This document shows positions 11,244 through 24,149 of a DNA stretch of 64,000 nt, in pieces. Position numbers and translations under genes: made by a program. The DNA comes from Ranitomeya imitator (taxonomy: Eukaryota): NCBI RefSeq assembly GCF_032444005.1, contig NC_091282.1:644428001-644492000 (forward strand). The letters are read 5' to 3'. The notes under the pieces are model-generated. The model was not told where the DNA came from. It searched no databases and worked only from the letters and a program-made list of their open reading frames with translations. Each line of letters begins with the position of its first letter. The stretch's first letter is position 1.

Positions 11244-12574
11244 TTCTTCCTGTATTGAGCAGTGACATGGTACCGCTCATTACAGTAATGAATATGCGGC
11301 TCCACCCCTATGGGTCGGAGGGGTCCAAATGGCCCCATAAGATGCTCCATACAGACATTTGCCCGATGTAATGCTGCACAAATGCTGATTATGGCCCCAT
11401 AAGATGCTCCATACAGACATTTGCCCCATATAATGCTGCTCAAATGCTGATTATGGCCCCATAAGATGCTCCATAGAGATATTTGCCCGATATAATGCTG
11501 CACAAATGCTGATTATGGCCCCATAAGATGCTCCATAGAGACATTTGCCCGATATAATGCTGCACAAATGCGGATTATGGCCCCATAAGATGCTCCATAG
11601 AGACATTTGCCCGATATAATGCTGCACAAATGCTGATTATGGCCTCATAAGATGCTCCATAGAGATATTTGCCCCATATAATGCTGCACAAATGCTGATT
11701 ATGGCCCCATAAGATGCTCCATACAGACATTTGCCCCATACAATGCTGCACAAACGCTGATTATGGCCCCATAAGATGCTCCATACAGACATTTGCCCCA
11801 TATAATGCTGCGCAAATGCTGATTATGGCTCCATAAGATGCTCCATACAGAAATTTGCCCCATATAATGCGGCACAAATGCTGATTATGGCCCCATAAGA
11901 TGCTCCATAGAGATATTTGCCCCATATGCTGTTGCTGCGATTAAAAAAAAAAAAAAAAAATCACATACTCGTCTCTCATCGCTCAGGCCCCCAGCACTTG
12001 CTATAGTCACCTGTGCCCATTCCACCGCTGGGCGCCGCTCCGTCTTCCGCGTCCTCTGCACTGACTGTTCAGGCAGAGGGCGGCGCGCATACTAATCGTG
12101 TCATCGCGCCCTCTGACCTGAGCGTCATTGCAGAGGACGCGGAAGACGGAGTGGCGCCGACGGTGGAATGTGGGACAGATGAATATGCCCCCGTTATACT
12201 CACGTGCTCCTGGCATGGTCCCTGCACGTCCCTGGTTCACCTGGCACCGGCAGCTTCTTGTATTGAGCGGTCACATGGTACCGCTCATTACAGTAATGAA
12301 TATGCGGCTCCACCCCTATGGGAGTGGAATGGGGTCCATATTCATTACTGTAATGAGCGGTACCATGTGACCGCTCAATACAGGAAGAAGCTGTCAGCCC
12401 GGAGAACCAGGGACGTGCAGGGACCGCGCCAGGAGCAGGTGAGTATTATTACACAGCTGCTGCTCCCCCTCCACTGCCGACCCCTGGGAATGACTCGAAT
12501 ATAAGCTGAGAGGGGCAATTTCCGCCTAAAATAAAATGGGCTGAAATTCTCGGCTTATACTCGAGTATATAAGG
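11244..12574. mobile_element. Left-truncated Tc2/pogo-type non-autonomous element with an internal ~62-bp minisatellite (11340-11925)
   Basis: Right end TCGGCTTATACTCGAGTATATAAGG|TA; internal hairpin at ~12250-12392, whose left arm is duplicated at 11244-11310; 62-bp unit (11521 to 11583). Confidence 0.65.
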
Positions 12575-12712
12575 TACCGTAATTACTTTTTGAGCCACGC
12601 TCCCAAGGTAAAGACCATACAAAGTCTCTGCTCATTAGTTAAGAGACTGGTTTTCTTCATAATGCTCTCCACACTCTCCTGTACCCTCGCGTTTTCCTGT
12701 TTCTCCCCCCAG

Positions 12713-12802
12713 GAAGGTCGCGTGGCAATTACAAGAGTGTCCAACCTGCTGCTGTGCATGTATGCCAAGGAGACTGTCGGATTTGGCATGTTGAAAGCCA
12801 AG
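12713..12802 (+). CDS. LAMTOR2: LAMTOR2 coding exon 3
   Basis: CCCCAG|GAA...AAG|GTGAGT; 90 bp encoding [30 protein letters not shown]. Confidence 0.97.
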
Positions 12803-12875
12803 GTGAGTGAATGTCTTTACTTCTGCCCTAAGCTGCAGTCGCTGCAGGCACTGGACACCATCCACGATGGAAATA

Positions 12876-14393
12876 CAGGTGCATCTCACAAAATTAGAAT
12901 ATCATCAAAAAATTAATTTATTTCAGTTTTTCAATACAAAAAGTGAATCTCCTATATTATATAGAGTCATTACAAACGGAGTGATCTATTTCAAGTGTTA
13001 ATTTCTGTTAATGTTGATGATTATGGCTTACAGCCAATGAAAACCCAAAAGTCATTATCTCAGGAAATTAGAATAATTAACAAAACGCACCTGCAAAGGC
13101 TTCCTAAGCATCTAAAAAGGTCTCTTAGTCTGTGTCAGCAGCTCCACAATCATGGGGAAGACTCCTGACTTGACAATGTCCAGAAGGCAGTCGACACACT
13201 CCACAAGGAGGGTAAGCAACAAAAGGTCATTGCTAAAGAAGCTGGCTGTTCACAGAGTGCTGTATCCAAGAATATTAATGGGAAGCTGAGTAGAAGGAAA
13301 AAGTGTGGTAAAAAAAAAAAAGGTGCACAGGCAACCGGAATAACCGCAGCCTTGGAAGGATTATTAAGAAAAGGACATTCAAAAATTTGAGGGAGATTCA
13401 CAAGGAGTGGACTGCTGCTGGAGTCATTGCTTCAAGAGCCACCAGACACAGATGTATCCAGGACATGGGCTACAATTGTCACATTCCTTGTGTCAAGCCA
13501 CTCATGACCTATGGACAACGCCAGAAGCATCTTACCTGGGCCAAGGAGAAAAAGAACTGGACTGTTGCTCAGTGGTCCAGGGTGTTGTTTTCAGATGAAA
13601 GTAAATGTTGCATTTCATTTGGAAATCAAGGTCCCAGAGTCTGGAGGAAGAGTGGAGAGGCCACAATCCAAGCTGCTTCAGGTCTAGTGTGAAGTTTCCA
13701 CAATCAGTGATGGTTTGGGCAGCCATGTCATCTGCTGGTGTAGGTCCACTGTGTTTTATCAAGACCAAAATCAGCACAGCCGTCTACCAGGAAATATTAG
13801 AGCACTTCATGCTTCCCTCTGCCGACAAGCTTTTTGGAGATGGAAATTTCATTCTCCAGCAGGACTTGGCCCCTGTCCACACTGCCAAAAGTACCAATAC
13901 CTGGTTTACAAACAACAGTATCACTGTGCTTGAGTGGCCAGAAAACTCACCTGACCTTAACCCCATAGCGAACCTATGGGGTATTGTCAAGAGGAAGATG
14001 AGACACCAGACCCAACAATGCAGACGAGCTGAAGACTGCTATCACAGTAACCTGGGCTTCCATAACACCTCAGCAGTGCCACAGGCTGATCACCTCCATT
14101 AATGCGGTAATTGATGTAAAAGGCACCCCGACCAAGTATTGAGTGCAATTACTGAACATACATTTCCGCTGGCCAACATTTCGGAAAATCATTTTTCCAG
14201 CTGGTGTTATAAATAATGACTTTTGGGTTTTCATTGGCTGTAAGCCATAATCATCAACATTAACAGTAAGAAACACTTGAAATAGATCACTGTTTGTAAT
14301 GACTCTATATAATATACGAGTTTCACTTTTTGTATTGAAGAACTGAAATAAATTCACTTTTTGATAATATTCTAATTTTGTGAGAAGCACCTG
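12876..14393 (+). mobile_element. Tc1/mariner DNA transposon with long (~200 bp) TIRs and a frameshifted transposase (~13152-14130), in LAMTOR2 intron 3
   Basis: TA|CAGGTGCATCTCACAAAATTAGAATAT ... ATATTCTAATTTTGTGAGAAGCACCTG|TA. Motifs WSRVLFSDESK, VMVWAAMS, LQQDLAPVH and SPDLNPIANLW (third catalytic E replaced by A), spread across frames. Confidence 0.95.
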
Positions 14394-14543
14394 TATATGT
14401 CGTGGGGTATGAAGGCTCTCCCATGCTTTACACTGCGGCACTGTTAGGCACCAATGTGTAAAAGTGGGTGAGCGAGTCCCTGCTGTGCATAGAGGGGACT
14501 TTAATAAAGGAGCTGTCCATTAACCGCTGTGTTGTTTTTCCAG

Positions 14544-14600
14544 GCCCAGGCTTTGGTGCAGTACCTCGAGGAGCCCCTGAACCAGGTTTCTGCTTGCTGA
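14544..14600 (+). CDS. LAMTOR2: LAMTOR2 coding exon 4 (stop)
   Basis: TTTTCCAG|GCC; AQALVQYLEEPLNQVSAC*; 57 bp. Total CDS 378 bp = 125 aa. Confidence 0.97.
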   Translation, partial: AQALVQYLEEPLNQVSAC

Positions 14601-14763
14601 GCAACTCTGGATCCACATGGACTGATATCCCCCCATTGACACCTATGAAGGCAAGCTCCATCCCCGATGCCGGTGTGTGCAGAACTACCCCTGATCCTAC
14701 CGTATTGTTATTATTTTCTCTGTTTTCCGATGTCTGAATTTCAATGAAGGCGAAATGCAGCTG

Positions 14764-14769
14764 ATTAAA
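14764..14769 (+). terminator. Candidate LAMTOR2 polyadenylation signal (ATTAAA)
   Basis: Variant hexamer ~165 nt after the stop, followed by a T-run at ~14781-14792. Untested; an AATAAA near 15659 is an alternative. Confidence 0.35.
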
Positions 14770-14901
14770 GGATGCTCAGATTTTTTTTTTTTAGTATCTA
14801 AGAAATATCACCGTGGCATATAAGGCCCTAATTGTGGGATGATATAGGCTAACCCCTATTTTTAGGGTTAATGTGGTGAGATTCCAGCAGTGTTGTTATT
14901 G

Positions 14902-14918
14902 GCCACAAGGTGGCAGCA
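14902..14918 (+). promoter_or_regulatory. CTCF-like motif
   Basis: GCCACAAGGTGGCAGCA matches the CTCF core by eye. Confidence 0.45.
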
Positions 14919-15824
14919 GACACCTGCACAATATTCATAGCGACCACTATGCAGACTGAGTCCCCCAATCATTGATCCCCTGATCTACGCTGACTACATC
15001 CAAGGGGTGTTTATCTGAGAAAATCAGTGCCAGCCACTAAATCAGTACTTCGGTTGGATACTGCCATAATGGTTATAGATTTGTCCTTGGGTTGTGACAG
15101 AGGAAGTTTAAAGGTCGTACAAAATCCAAGTAATGTTCTAGTCAGAGCATTTTTTTATTTCCTGCTTGCCATATGCCGCCTCACCACTAGGTGGACCCCT
15201 TATGAATCACAGCTAATGATGTACAGCTGCGCATACTGGCTCTGGGGGTCTCAGATGTCAGACCCCAACAATCTACAAATTATAAATCACCCGAAGAATA
15301 GGTTAGAACTTATAATATAAATGGACGCCCCTTTAATAGTAGTATTGCCCCCTTAAAGGTATAGTCTTTAAGAAATGGCATCAAAAGTTAGACATGTCTG
15401 ATTAGTGGGGTCCTGACCTTTAAGACTTCGACAGAAGGCTCTGAAAATCAGGGAATGCTGGGAGATTTCAGCCCTCTTAGCTACAGAATTGTGAATACAG
15501 CTTTGGAGCCCAAGGTCAGCACTGTTAAGACTTTTTTCCATATGTAAATGGACACTCCCTTTAAGACCCTTTACCTCCGTATCTGGTCCTGGTTGCTGTC
15601 TGGAGCCATCACCTTTGGCCCCTCTTGTATCTGTCAACTTGTCGCTTCTAGTGAACCAAATAAAGTTTACACCGTCCTCCATATTGTGTGCTTTATTGAA
15701 GCAAAAAGGAAGACTGGAATGTCAAATCCATTATTCCGGTGTGTGATAGTCTGGACCCCAAGGATTATTCAGAAGATATTGGGAATGTGGGATCAGCGTA
15801 TAACCAGCAAAGTCAATACACAAT

Positions 15825-18800
15825 ATTGGAGATGGCACAGGCTGTACCACTACACCACCGAGGACTGAGCAGTAGAACATATTGGACTGACTGTACCACT
15901 ACACCACCGGGGACTGAGTGGTAGGACATATTGGACTGACTGTACCACTACACCACCGGGGACTGAGCAGTAGGACATATTGGACTGACTGTACCACTAT
16001 ACCACCGGGGACTGAGCAGTAGGACATATTGGACTGACTACCACTACACCACCGGAGACTGAGCAGCAGGACATATTGGACTGACTGTACCACTACACCA
16101 CCGGAGACTGAGCAGTAGGACATATTGGACTGACTGTACGACTATACCACCAGGGACTGAGCAGTAGGACATATTGGACTGACTGTACCACTATACCACC
16201 GGGGACTGAGCAGTAGGACATATTGGACTGACTGTACCACTATTCCACCGGAGACTGAGCAGTAGGACATATTGGACTGACTGTACCACTATACCACCGG
16301 AGACTGAGCAGTAGGACATATTGGACTGACTGTACGACTATACCACCAGGGACTGAGCAGTAGGACATATTGGAGTGACTGTACCACTAAATCACCGGGG
16401 ACTGAGCAGTAGGACATATTGGACTCACTGTACCACTATATCACCGGGGACTGAGCAGTAGGACATATTGGACTGACTGTACCACTATATCACCGGGGAC
16501 TGAGCAGTAGGACATATTGGACTGACTGTACCACTATACCACCGGAGACTGAGCAGTAGGACATCTTGGACTGACTGTACCACTATATCACCGGGGACTG
16601 AGCAGTAGGACATCTTGGACTGACTGTACCACTATACCACCGGGGACTGAGCAGTAGCACATATTGGACTGACTGTACCACTACACCACCGGGGACTGAG
16701 CAGTTGGACATATTGGACTGACTGTACCACTATACCACAGGGGACTGAGCAGTAGGACATAATAGACTGACTGTACCACTATACCACCGGGGACTGAGCA
16801 GTAGGACATATTGGACTGACTGTACCACTACACCACCGGGGACTGAGCAGTAGGACATATTGGACTGACTGTACCACTACACCACCGGGGACTGAGCAGT
16901 AGGACATCTTGGACTGACTGTACCACTATACCACCGGGGACTGAGCAGTAGCACATATTGGACTGACTGTACCACTACACCACCGGGGACTGAGCAGTTG
17001 GACATATTGGACTGGCTGTACCACTATACCACTGGGGACTGAGCAGTTGAACATCTTGGACTGGCTGTACCACTATACCACCGGGGACTGAGCAATAGGA
17101 CATATTGGACTGACTGTACCACTACACCACCGGAGACTGAGCAGTAGGACATATTGGACTGACTGTACCACTATACCACCGGGGACCGAGCAGTAGGACA
17201 TATTGGACTTGGACTGACTGTACCACTACACCACCAGGGACTGAGCAGTAGAACATATTGGACTGACTGTACCACTATACCACCGGGAACTGAGCAGTAG
17301 GACATCTTGGACTGACTGTATCACTATATAACTGGGGACTGAGTAGTTGAACATATTGGACTGGCTGTACCACTATACCACTGGGGACTGAGCAGTAGGA
17401 CATATTGGACTGACTGTACCACTACACCACCGGGGACTGAGCAGTAGGACATCTTGGACTGACTGTACCACTATACCACCGGGGACTGAGCAGTAGCACA
17501 TATTGGACTGACTGTACCACTACACCACCGGGGACTGAGCAGTTGGACATATTGGACTGACTGTACCACTATACCACCGGGGACTGAGCAGTAGGACATA
17601 ATAGACTGACTGTACCACTATACCACCGGGTACTGAGCAGTAGGACATATTGGACTGACTGTACCACTACACCGCCGGGGACTGAGCAGTAGGACATATT
17701 GGACTGACTGTACCACTATACCACCGGGGACTGAGCAGTAGGACATAATAGACTGACTGTACCACTATACCACCGGGGACTGAGCAGTAGGACATATTGG
17801 ACTGACTGTACCACTACACCACCGGGGACTGAGCAGTAGGACATATTGGACTGACTGTACCACTAAACCACAGGGGACTGAGCAGTAGGACATATTGGAC
17901 TGACTGTACCACTATACCACCGGGGACTGAGCAGTAGGACATACTGGACTGACTGTACCACTACACCACCGGGGTCTGAGCAGTAGGACATATTGGACTG
18001 ACTGTACCACTACACCACCGGGGACTGAGCAGTAGGACATATTGGACTGACTGTACCATTTTACCACCGGGAACTGAGCAGTAGGACATCTTGGACTGAC
18101 TGTATCACTATATAGCCGAGGACTGAGTAGTTGAACATATTGGACTGGCTGTACCACTATACCACTGGGAACTGAGCAGTAGGACATCTTGGACTGACTG
18201 TACCACCGGGGACTGAGCAGTAGGACATATTGGATTGACTGTACAACTATACCACTGAGGACTGAGCAGTTGAACATCTTGGACTGGCTGTACCACTATA
18301 CCACTGGGGACTGAGCAGTTGAACAACTTGGACTAACTACCACTATACCACCGTGGACTGAGCAGTAGGACATATTGGACTGACTGTACCACTACACCAC
18401 CGGGGACTGAGCAGTAGGACATATTGGACTGACTGTACCACTACACCACCGGAGACTGAGCAGTAGGACATATTGGATTGACTGTACAACTATACCACTG
18501 AGGACTGAGCAGTTGAACATCTTGGACTGGCTGTACCACTATACCACTGGGGACTGAGCAGTTGAACAACTTGGACTAACTACCACTATACCACCGTGGA
18601 CTGAGCAGTAGGACATATTGGACTGACTGTACCACTACACCACCGGGGACTGAGCAGTAGGACATATTGGACTGACTGTACCACTACACCACCGGAGACT
18701 GAGCAGTAGGACATATTGGACTGACTGTACCACTATACCACCGGGGACCGAGCAGTAGGACATATTGGACTTGGACTGACTGTACCACTACACCACCGGG

Positions 18801-21800
18801 GACTGAGCAGTAGAACATATTGGACTGACTGTACCACTATACCACCGGGAACTGAGCAGTAGGACATCTTGGACTGACTGTATCACTATATAACTGGGGA
18901 CTGAGTAGTTGAACATATTGGACTGGCTGTACCACTATACCACTGGGGACTGAGCAGTAGGACATTTTGGACTGACTGTACCACTACACCACCGGGGACT
19001 GAGCAGTAGGACATCTTGGACTGACTGTACCACTATACCACCGGGGACTGAGCAGTAGCACATATTGGACTGACTGTACCACTACACCACCGGGGACTGA
19101 GCAGTTGGACATATTGGACTGACTGTACCACTATACCACCGGGGACTGAGCAGTAGGACATAATAGACTGACTGTACCACTATACCACCGGGTACTGAGC
19201 AGTAGGACATATTGGACTGACTGTACCACTACACCGCCGGGGACTGAGCAGTAGGACATATTGGACTGACTGTACCACTATACCACCGGGGACTGAGCAG
19301 TAGGACATAATAGACTGACTGTACCACTATACCACCGGGGACTGAGCAGTAGGACATATTGGACTGACTGTACCACTACACCACCGGGGACTGAGCAGTA
19401 GGACATATTGGACTGACTGTACCACTAAACCACAGGGGACTGAGCAGTAGGACATATTGGACTGACTGTACCACTATACCACCGGGGACTGAGCAGTAGG
19501 ACATACTGGACTGACTGTACCACTACACCACCGGGGTCTGAGCAGTAGGACATATTGGACTGACTGTACCACTACACCACCGGGGACTGAGCAGTAGGAC
19601 ATATTGGACTGACTGTACCATTTTACCACCGGGAACTGAGCAGTAGGACATCTTGGACTGACTGTATCACTATATAGCCGGGGACTGAGTAGTTGAACAT
19701 ATTGGACTGGCTGTACCACTATACCACTGGGAACTGAGCAGTAGGACATCTTGGACTGACTGTACCACCGGGGACTGAGCAGTAGGACATATTGGATTGA
19801 CTGTACAACTATACCACTGAGGACTGAGCAGTTGAACATCTTGGACTGGCTGTACCACTATACCACTGGGGACTGAGCAGTTGAACAACTTGGACTAACT
19901 GTACCACTATACCACCGTGGACTGAGCAGTAGGACATATTGGACTGACTGTACCACTACACCACCGGGGACTGAGCAGTAGGACATATTGGACTGACTGT
20001 ACCACTACACCACCGGAGACTGAGCAGTAGGACATATTGGACTGACTGTACCACTATACCACCGGGGACCGAGCAGTAGGACATATTGGACTTGGACTGA
20101 CTGTACCACTACACCACCGGGGACTGAGCAGTAGAACATATTGGACTGACTGTACCACTATACCACCGGGAACTGAGCAGTAGGACATCTTGGACTGACT
20201 GTATCACTATATAACTGGGGACTGAGTAGTTGAACATATTGGACTGGCTGTACCACTATACCACTGGGGACTGAGCAGTAGGACATTTTGGACTGGCTGT
20301 ACCACTATACCACTGGGAACTGAGCAGTAGGACATCTTGGACTGACTGTACCACCGGGGACTGAGCAGTAGGACATATTGGATTGACTGTACAACTATAC
20401 CACTGAGGACTGAGCAGTTGAACATCTTGGACTGGCTGTACCACTATACCACTGGGGACTGAGCAGTTGAACATCTTGGACTGGCTGTACCACTATACCA
20501 CCGGGGACTGAGCAATAGGACATATTGGACTGACTGTACCACTACACCACCGGAGCCTGAGCAGTAGGACATATTGGACTGACTGTACCACTATACCACC
20601 GGGGACCGAGCAGTAGGACATATTGGACTTGGACTGACTGTACCACTACACCACCGGGGACTGAGCAGTAGAACATATTGGACTGACTGTATCACTATAT
20701 AACTGGGGACTGAGTAGTTGAACATATTGGACTGGCTGTACCACTATACCACTGGGGCCTGAGCAGTAGGACATTTTGGACTGGCTGTACCACTATACCA
20801 CTGGGAACTGAGCAGTAGGACATCTTGGACTGACTGTACCACCGGGGACTGAGCAGTAGGACATATTGGATTGACTGTACAACTATACCACTGAGGACTG
20901 AGCAGTTGAACATCTTGGACTGGCTGTACCACTATACCACTGGGGACTGAGCAGTTGAACAACTTGGACTGGCTGTACCACTATACCACCGTGGACTGAG
21001 CAGTAGGACATATTGGACTGACTGTACCACTACACCACCGGGGACTGAGCAGTAGGACATATTGGACTGACTGTACCACTACACCACCGGAGACTGAGCA
21101 GTAGGACATATTGGACTGACTGTACCACTATACCACCGGGGACCGAGCAGTAGGACATATAGGACTTGGACTGACTGTACCACTACACCACCGGGGACTG
21201 AGCAGTAGAACATATTGGACTGACTGTACCACTATACCACCGGGAACTGAGCAGTAGGACATCTTGGACTGACTGTATCACTATATAACTGGGGACTGAG
21301 TAGTTGAACATATTGGACTGGCTGTACCACTATACCACTGGGGACTGAGCAGTAGGACATTTTGGACTGGCTGTACCACTATACCACTGGGAACTGAGCA
21401 GTAGGACATCTTGGACTGACTGTACCACCGGGGACTGAGCAGTAGGACATATTGGATTGACTGTACAACTATACCACTGAGGACTGAGCAGTTGAACATC
21501 TTGGACTGGCTGTACCACTATACCACTGGGGACTGAGCAGTTGAACATCTTGGACTGGCTGTACCACTATACCACCGGGGACTGAGCAATAGGACATATT
21601 GGACTGACTGTACCACTATATCACCAGGGACTGAGCAGTTGAACATCTTGGACTGACTGTACCACTGGGGACTGAGCAGTTGAACATCTTGGACTGGCTG
21701 TACCACTATACCACTGAGGACTGAGCAGTAGGACATATTGGACTGACTGTACCACTACACCACCGGGGACTGAGCAGTAGGACATATTCGACTGACTGTA

Positions 21801-22995
21801 CCACTATACCACCGGGGACTGAGCAGTAGGACATATTGGACTGACTGTACCACTATATCACCGGGGACTGAGCAGTAGGACATATTGGACTGACTGTACC
21901 ACTATACCACCAAGGAATGAGCAGTAGGACATATTGTACTGACTGTACCACTACACCACCGGGGTCTGAGCAGTAGGACATATTGGACTGACTGTATCAC
22001 TATACCACCGGGGACTGAGCAGTAGGACATAATAGACTGACTGTACCACTATACCACCGGGGACCGAGCAGTAGGATATAATAGACTGACTGTACCACTA
22101 TACCACCGGGGACTGAGCAGTAGGACATATTGGACTGACTGTACCACTACACCACCGGGGACTGAGCAGCAGGACATATTGGACTGACTGTACCACTACA
22201 CCACCGGGGACTGAGCAGTAGAACATATGGACTGGCTGTACCACTATACCACTAGAGACAGAGCAGTAGGACATATGGACTGACTGTACCACTATACCAC
22301 CGGGGACTGAGCAGTAGGACATATTGGACTGACTGTACCACTATACCACCGGGGACTGAGCAGCAGGACATATTGGACTGACTGTACCACTATACCACCG
22401 GGGACTGAGCAGTAGGACATATTGGACTGACTGTACCACTACACCGGGGACTGAGCAGCAGGACATATTGGACTGACTGTACCACTACACCACCGGGGAC
22501 TGAGCAGTAGAACATATGGACTGGCTGTACCACTATATCACCGGGGACTGAGCAGTAGGACATAATAGACTGACTGTACCACTATACCACCGGGGACTGA
22601 GCAGTAGGACATATTGGACTGACTGTACCACTATACCACCGGGGACTGAGCAGTAGGACATATGGACTGACTGTACCACTACACCACCGGGGACTGAGCA
22701 GTAGGACATAATAGACTGACTGTACCACTATACTACCGGGGACTGAGCAGCAGGACATATTGGACTGACTGTACCACTACACCACCGGGGACTGAGCAGT
22801 AGAACATATGGACTGGCTGTACCACTTTACCACCAGGGACAGAGCAGTAGGACACATGGACTGACTGTACCACTATATCACCGGGGACTGAGCAGTAGGA
22901 CATATTGGACTGACTGTACCACCTGGTAGTGAGCTGTAGGACATATTGGATGGACCACATCGGAGAGATGGCACTGGTTGTACCACTATATCACC
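15825..22995. repeat. ~7.2-kb satellite of 49-bp units (GGACATATTGGACTGACTGTACCACTATACCACCGGGGACTGAGCAGTA) between LAMTOR2 and RAB25
   Basis: Period 49 (16442 to 16491); variant blocks recur at 1562, 488 and 586 bp offsets. Confidence 0.97.
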
Positions 22996-23189
22996 AGGTA
23001 TAAAATTGGCATATACCATTGGCGTTGTATATGCCAGTAACTTACATCCCACCTGATGCTTTGTGGACTCGATCTTGTGTATAAAATGCGAGGAGGCAGT
23101 GACTATTAAATGATACTTATGACACCATTTTTTTCTGGGCCACTTGCCCACCAGGAGACATTAGCTACCTCTGTTTTTTTACAGACTAC

Positions 23190-23500
23190 TAGTGATGAGC
23201 GAATATACTTGTTACTCGAGATTTCTCGAGCACGCTCGGGGGTCCTCCGAGTATTTTTTAGTACTCGGAGTTTTAGTTTTTCTTGCCGCAGCTGAATGAT
23301 TTACATCTGTTTGCCAGCATAAGTACATGTGGGGGTTGCCTGGTTGCTAGGGAATCCCCACATGTACTTATGCTGGCTAATAGATGTAAATCATTCAGCT
23401 GCGGCACTGAAAACTAAATCTCTGAGCACTAAAAAATACTCGGAGGACCCCCGAGCATGCTCGAGAAATCTCGAGTATCGAGTATATTCACTCATCACTA
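23190..23500. mobile_element. hAT-type palindromic MITE
   Basis: TIR TAGTGATGAGCGAATATA ... TATATTCACTCATCACTA; 8-bp TSD CAGACTAC / CAGACTAG (7 of 8 match); same family as 36673-36983. Confidence 0.85.
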
Positions 23501-23932
23501 CAGACTAGGTGAGAAGCCATGGCCCCAACGCTTCCAATTTCTGGACGTATGGTCCAGTGGGGCTGGGATATCTAAGCCTATTTTATTTGTGATACTGCCT
23601 TCTGAGGCAAGGTATCTAAGCTTTGTGGCAGCAGGGACGTGGTTAATAATCCGTTGGTAGCGATTGCTTCATGGCTGTAATTAAAGGGCCGGAGATCTGC
23701 TTTACCTGTTAGTCCTGAAAGGTGACACCTAACCAAATACAGAACGCCCACTGAGTCACTGCGCCTCACCGCGCTCCACCTGTCTGCCGGAAGTGCCGCA
23801 GGTATGCGAGGAATCCCCTCCGCCACCTGCAGATCAGCCAGGGGCTTCGGTTACTAGGACCACACCGCACCGCCAAGGGTGCAGAACCGCTACCAGGAGG
23901 GCGACACGGGCAGCTGATGCTCAGGACCAGCC

Positions 23933-23972
23933 ATGAAATCTGAAGAGGATGAATATAACTTTGTGTTCAAAG
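23933..23972 (+). CDS. RAB25: RAB25 coding exon 1
   Basis: GCC ATG context; MKSEEDEYNFVFK; donor G|GTGAGT; 40 bp. Confidence 0.93.
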
Positions 23973-24149
23973 GTGAGTCAGTCCGCCCGTCCCTGCACCC
24001 AACACCCCTGCTGCCACCCACCACCATAAACGTACCGTGCCTGGTGCCCGAGCAAAGTCCCGCAATCTCACCTTATCATTAGAGCAGTTCCCTTTTCAGA
24101 AAAATACGTTCTGGGCATACAGACGGTGCTGGTATCACCTAGACACTAT

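Noticed and set aside
15825-22995. CRISPR-like appearance of regular repeats (also 27-30, 30-33 and 56-64 kb)
   Set aside because: The units are contiguous with no unique spacers, there are no cas genes, and the context is a spliced vertebrate locus.
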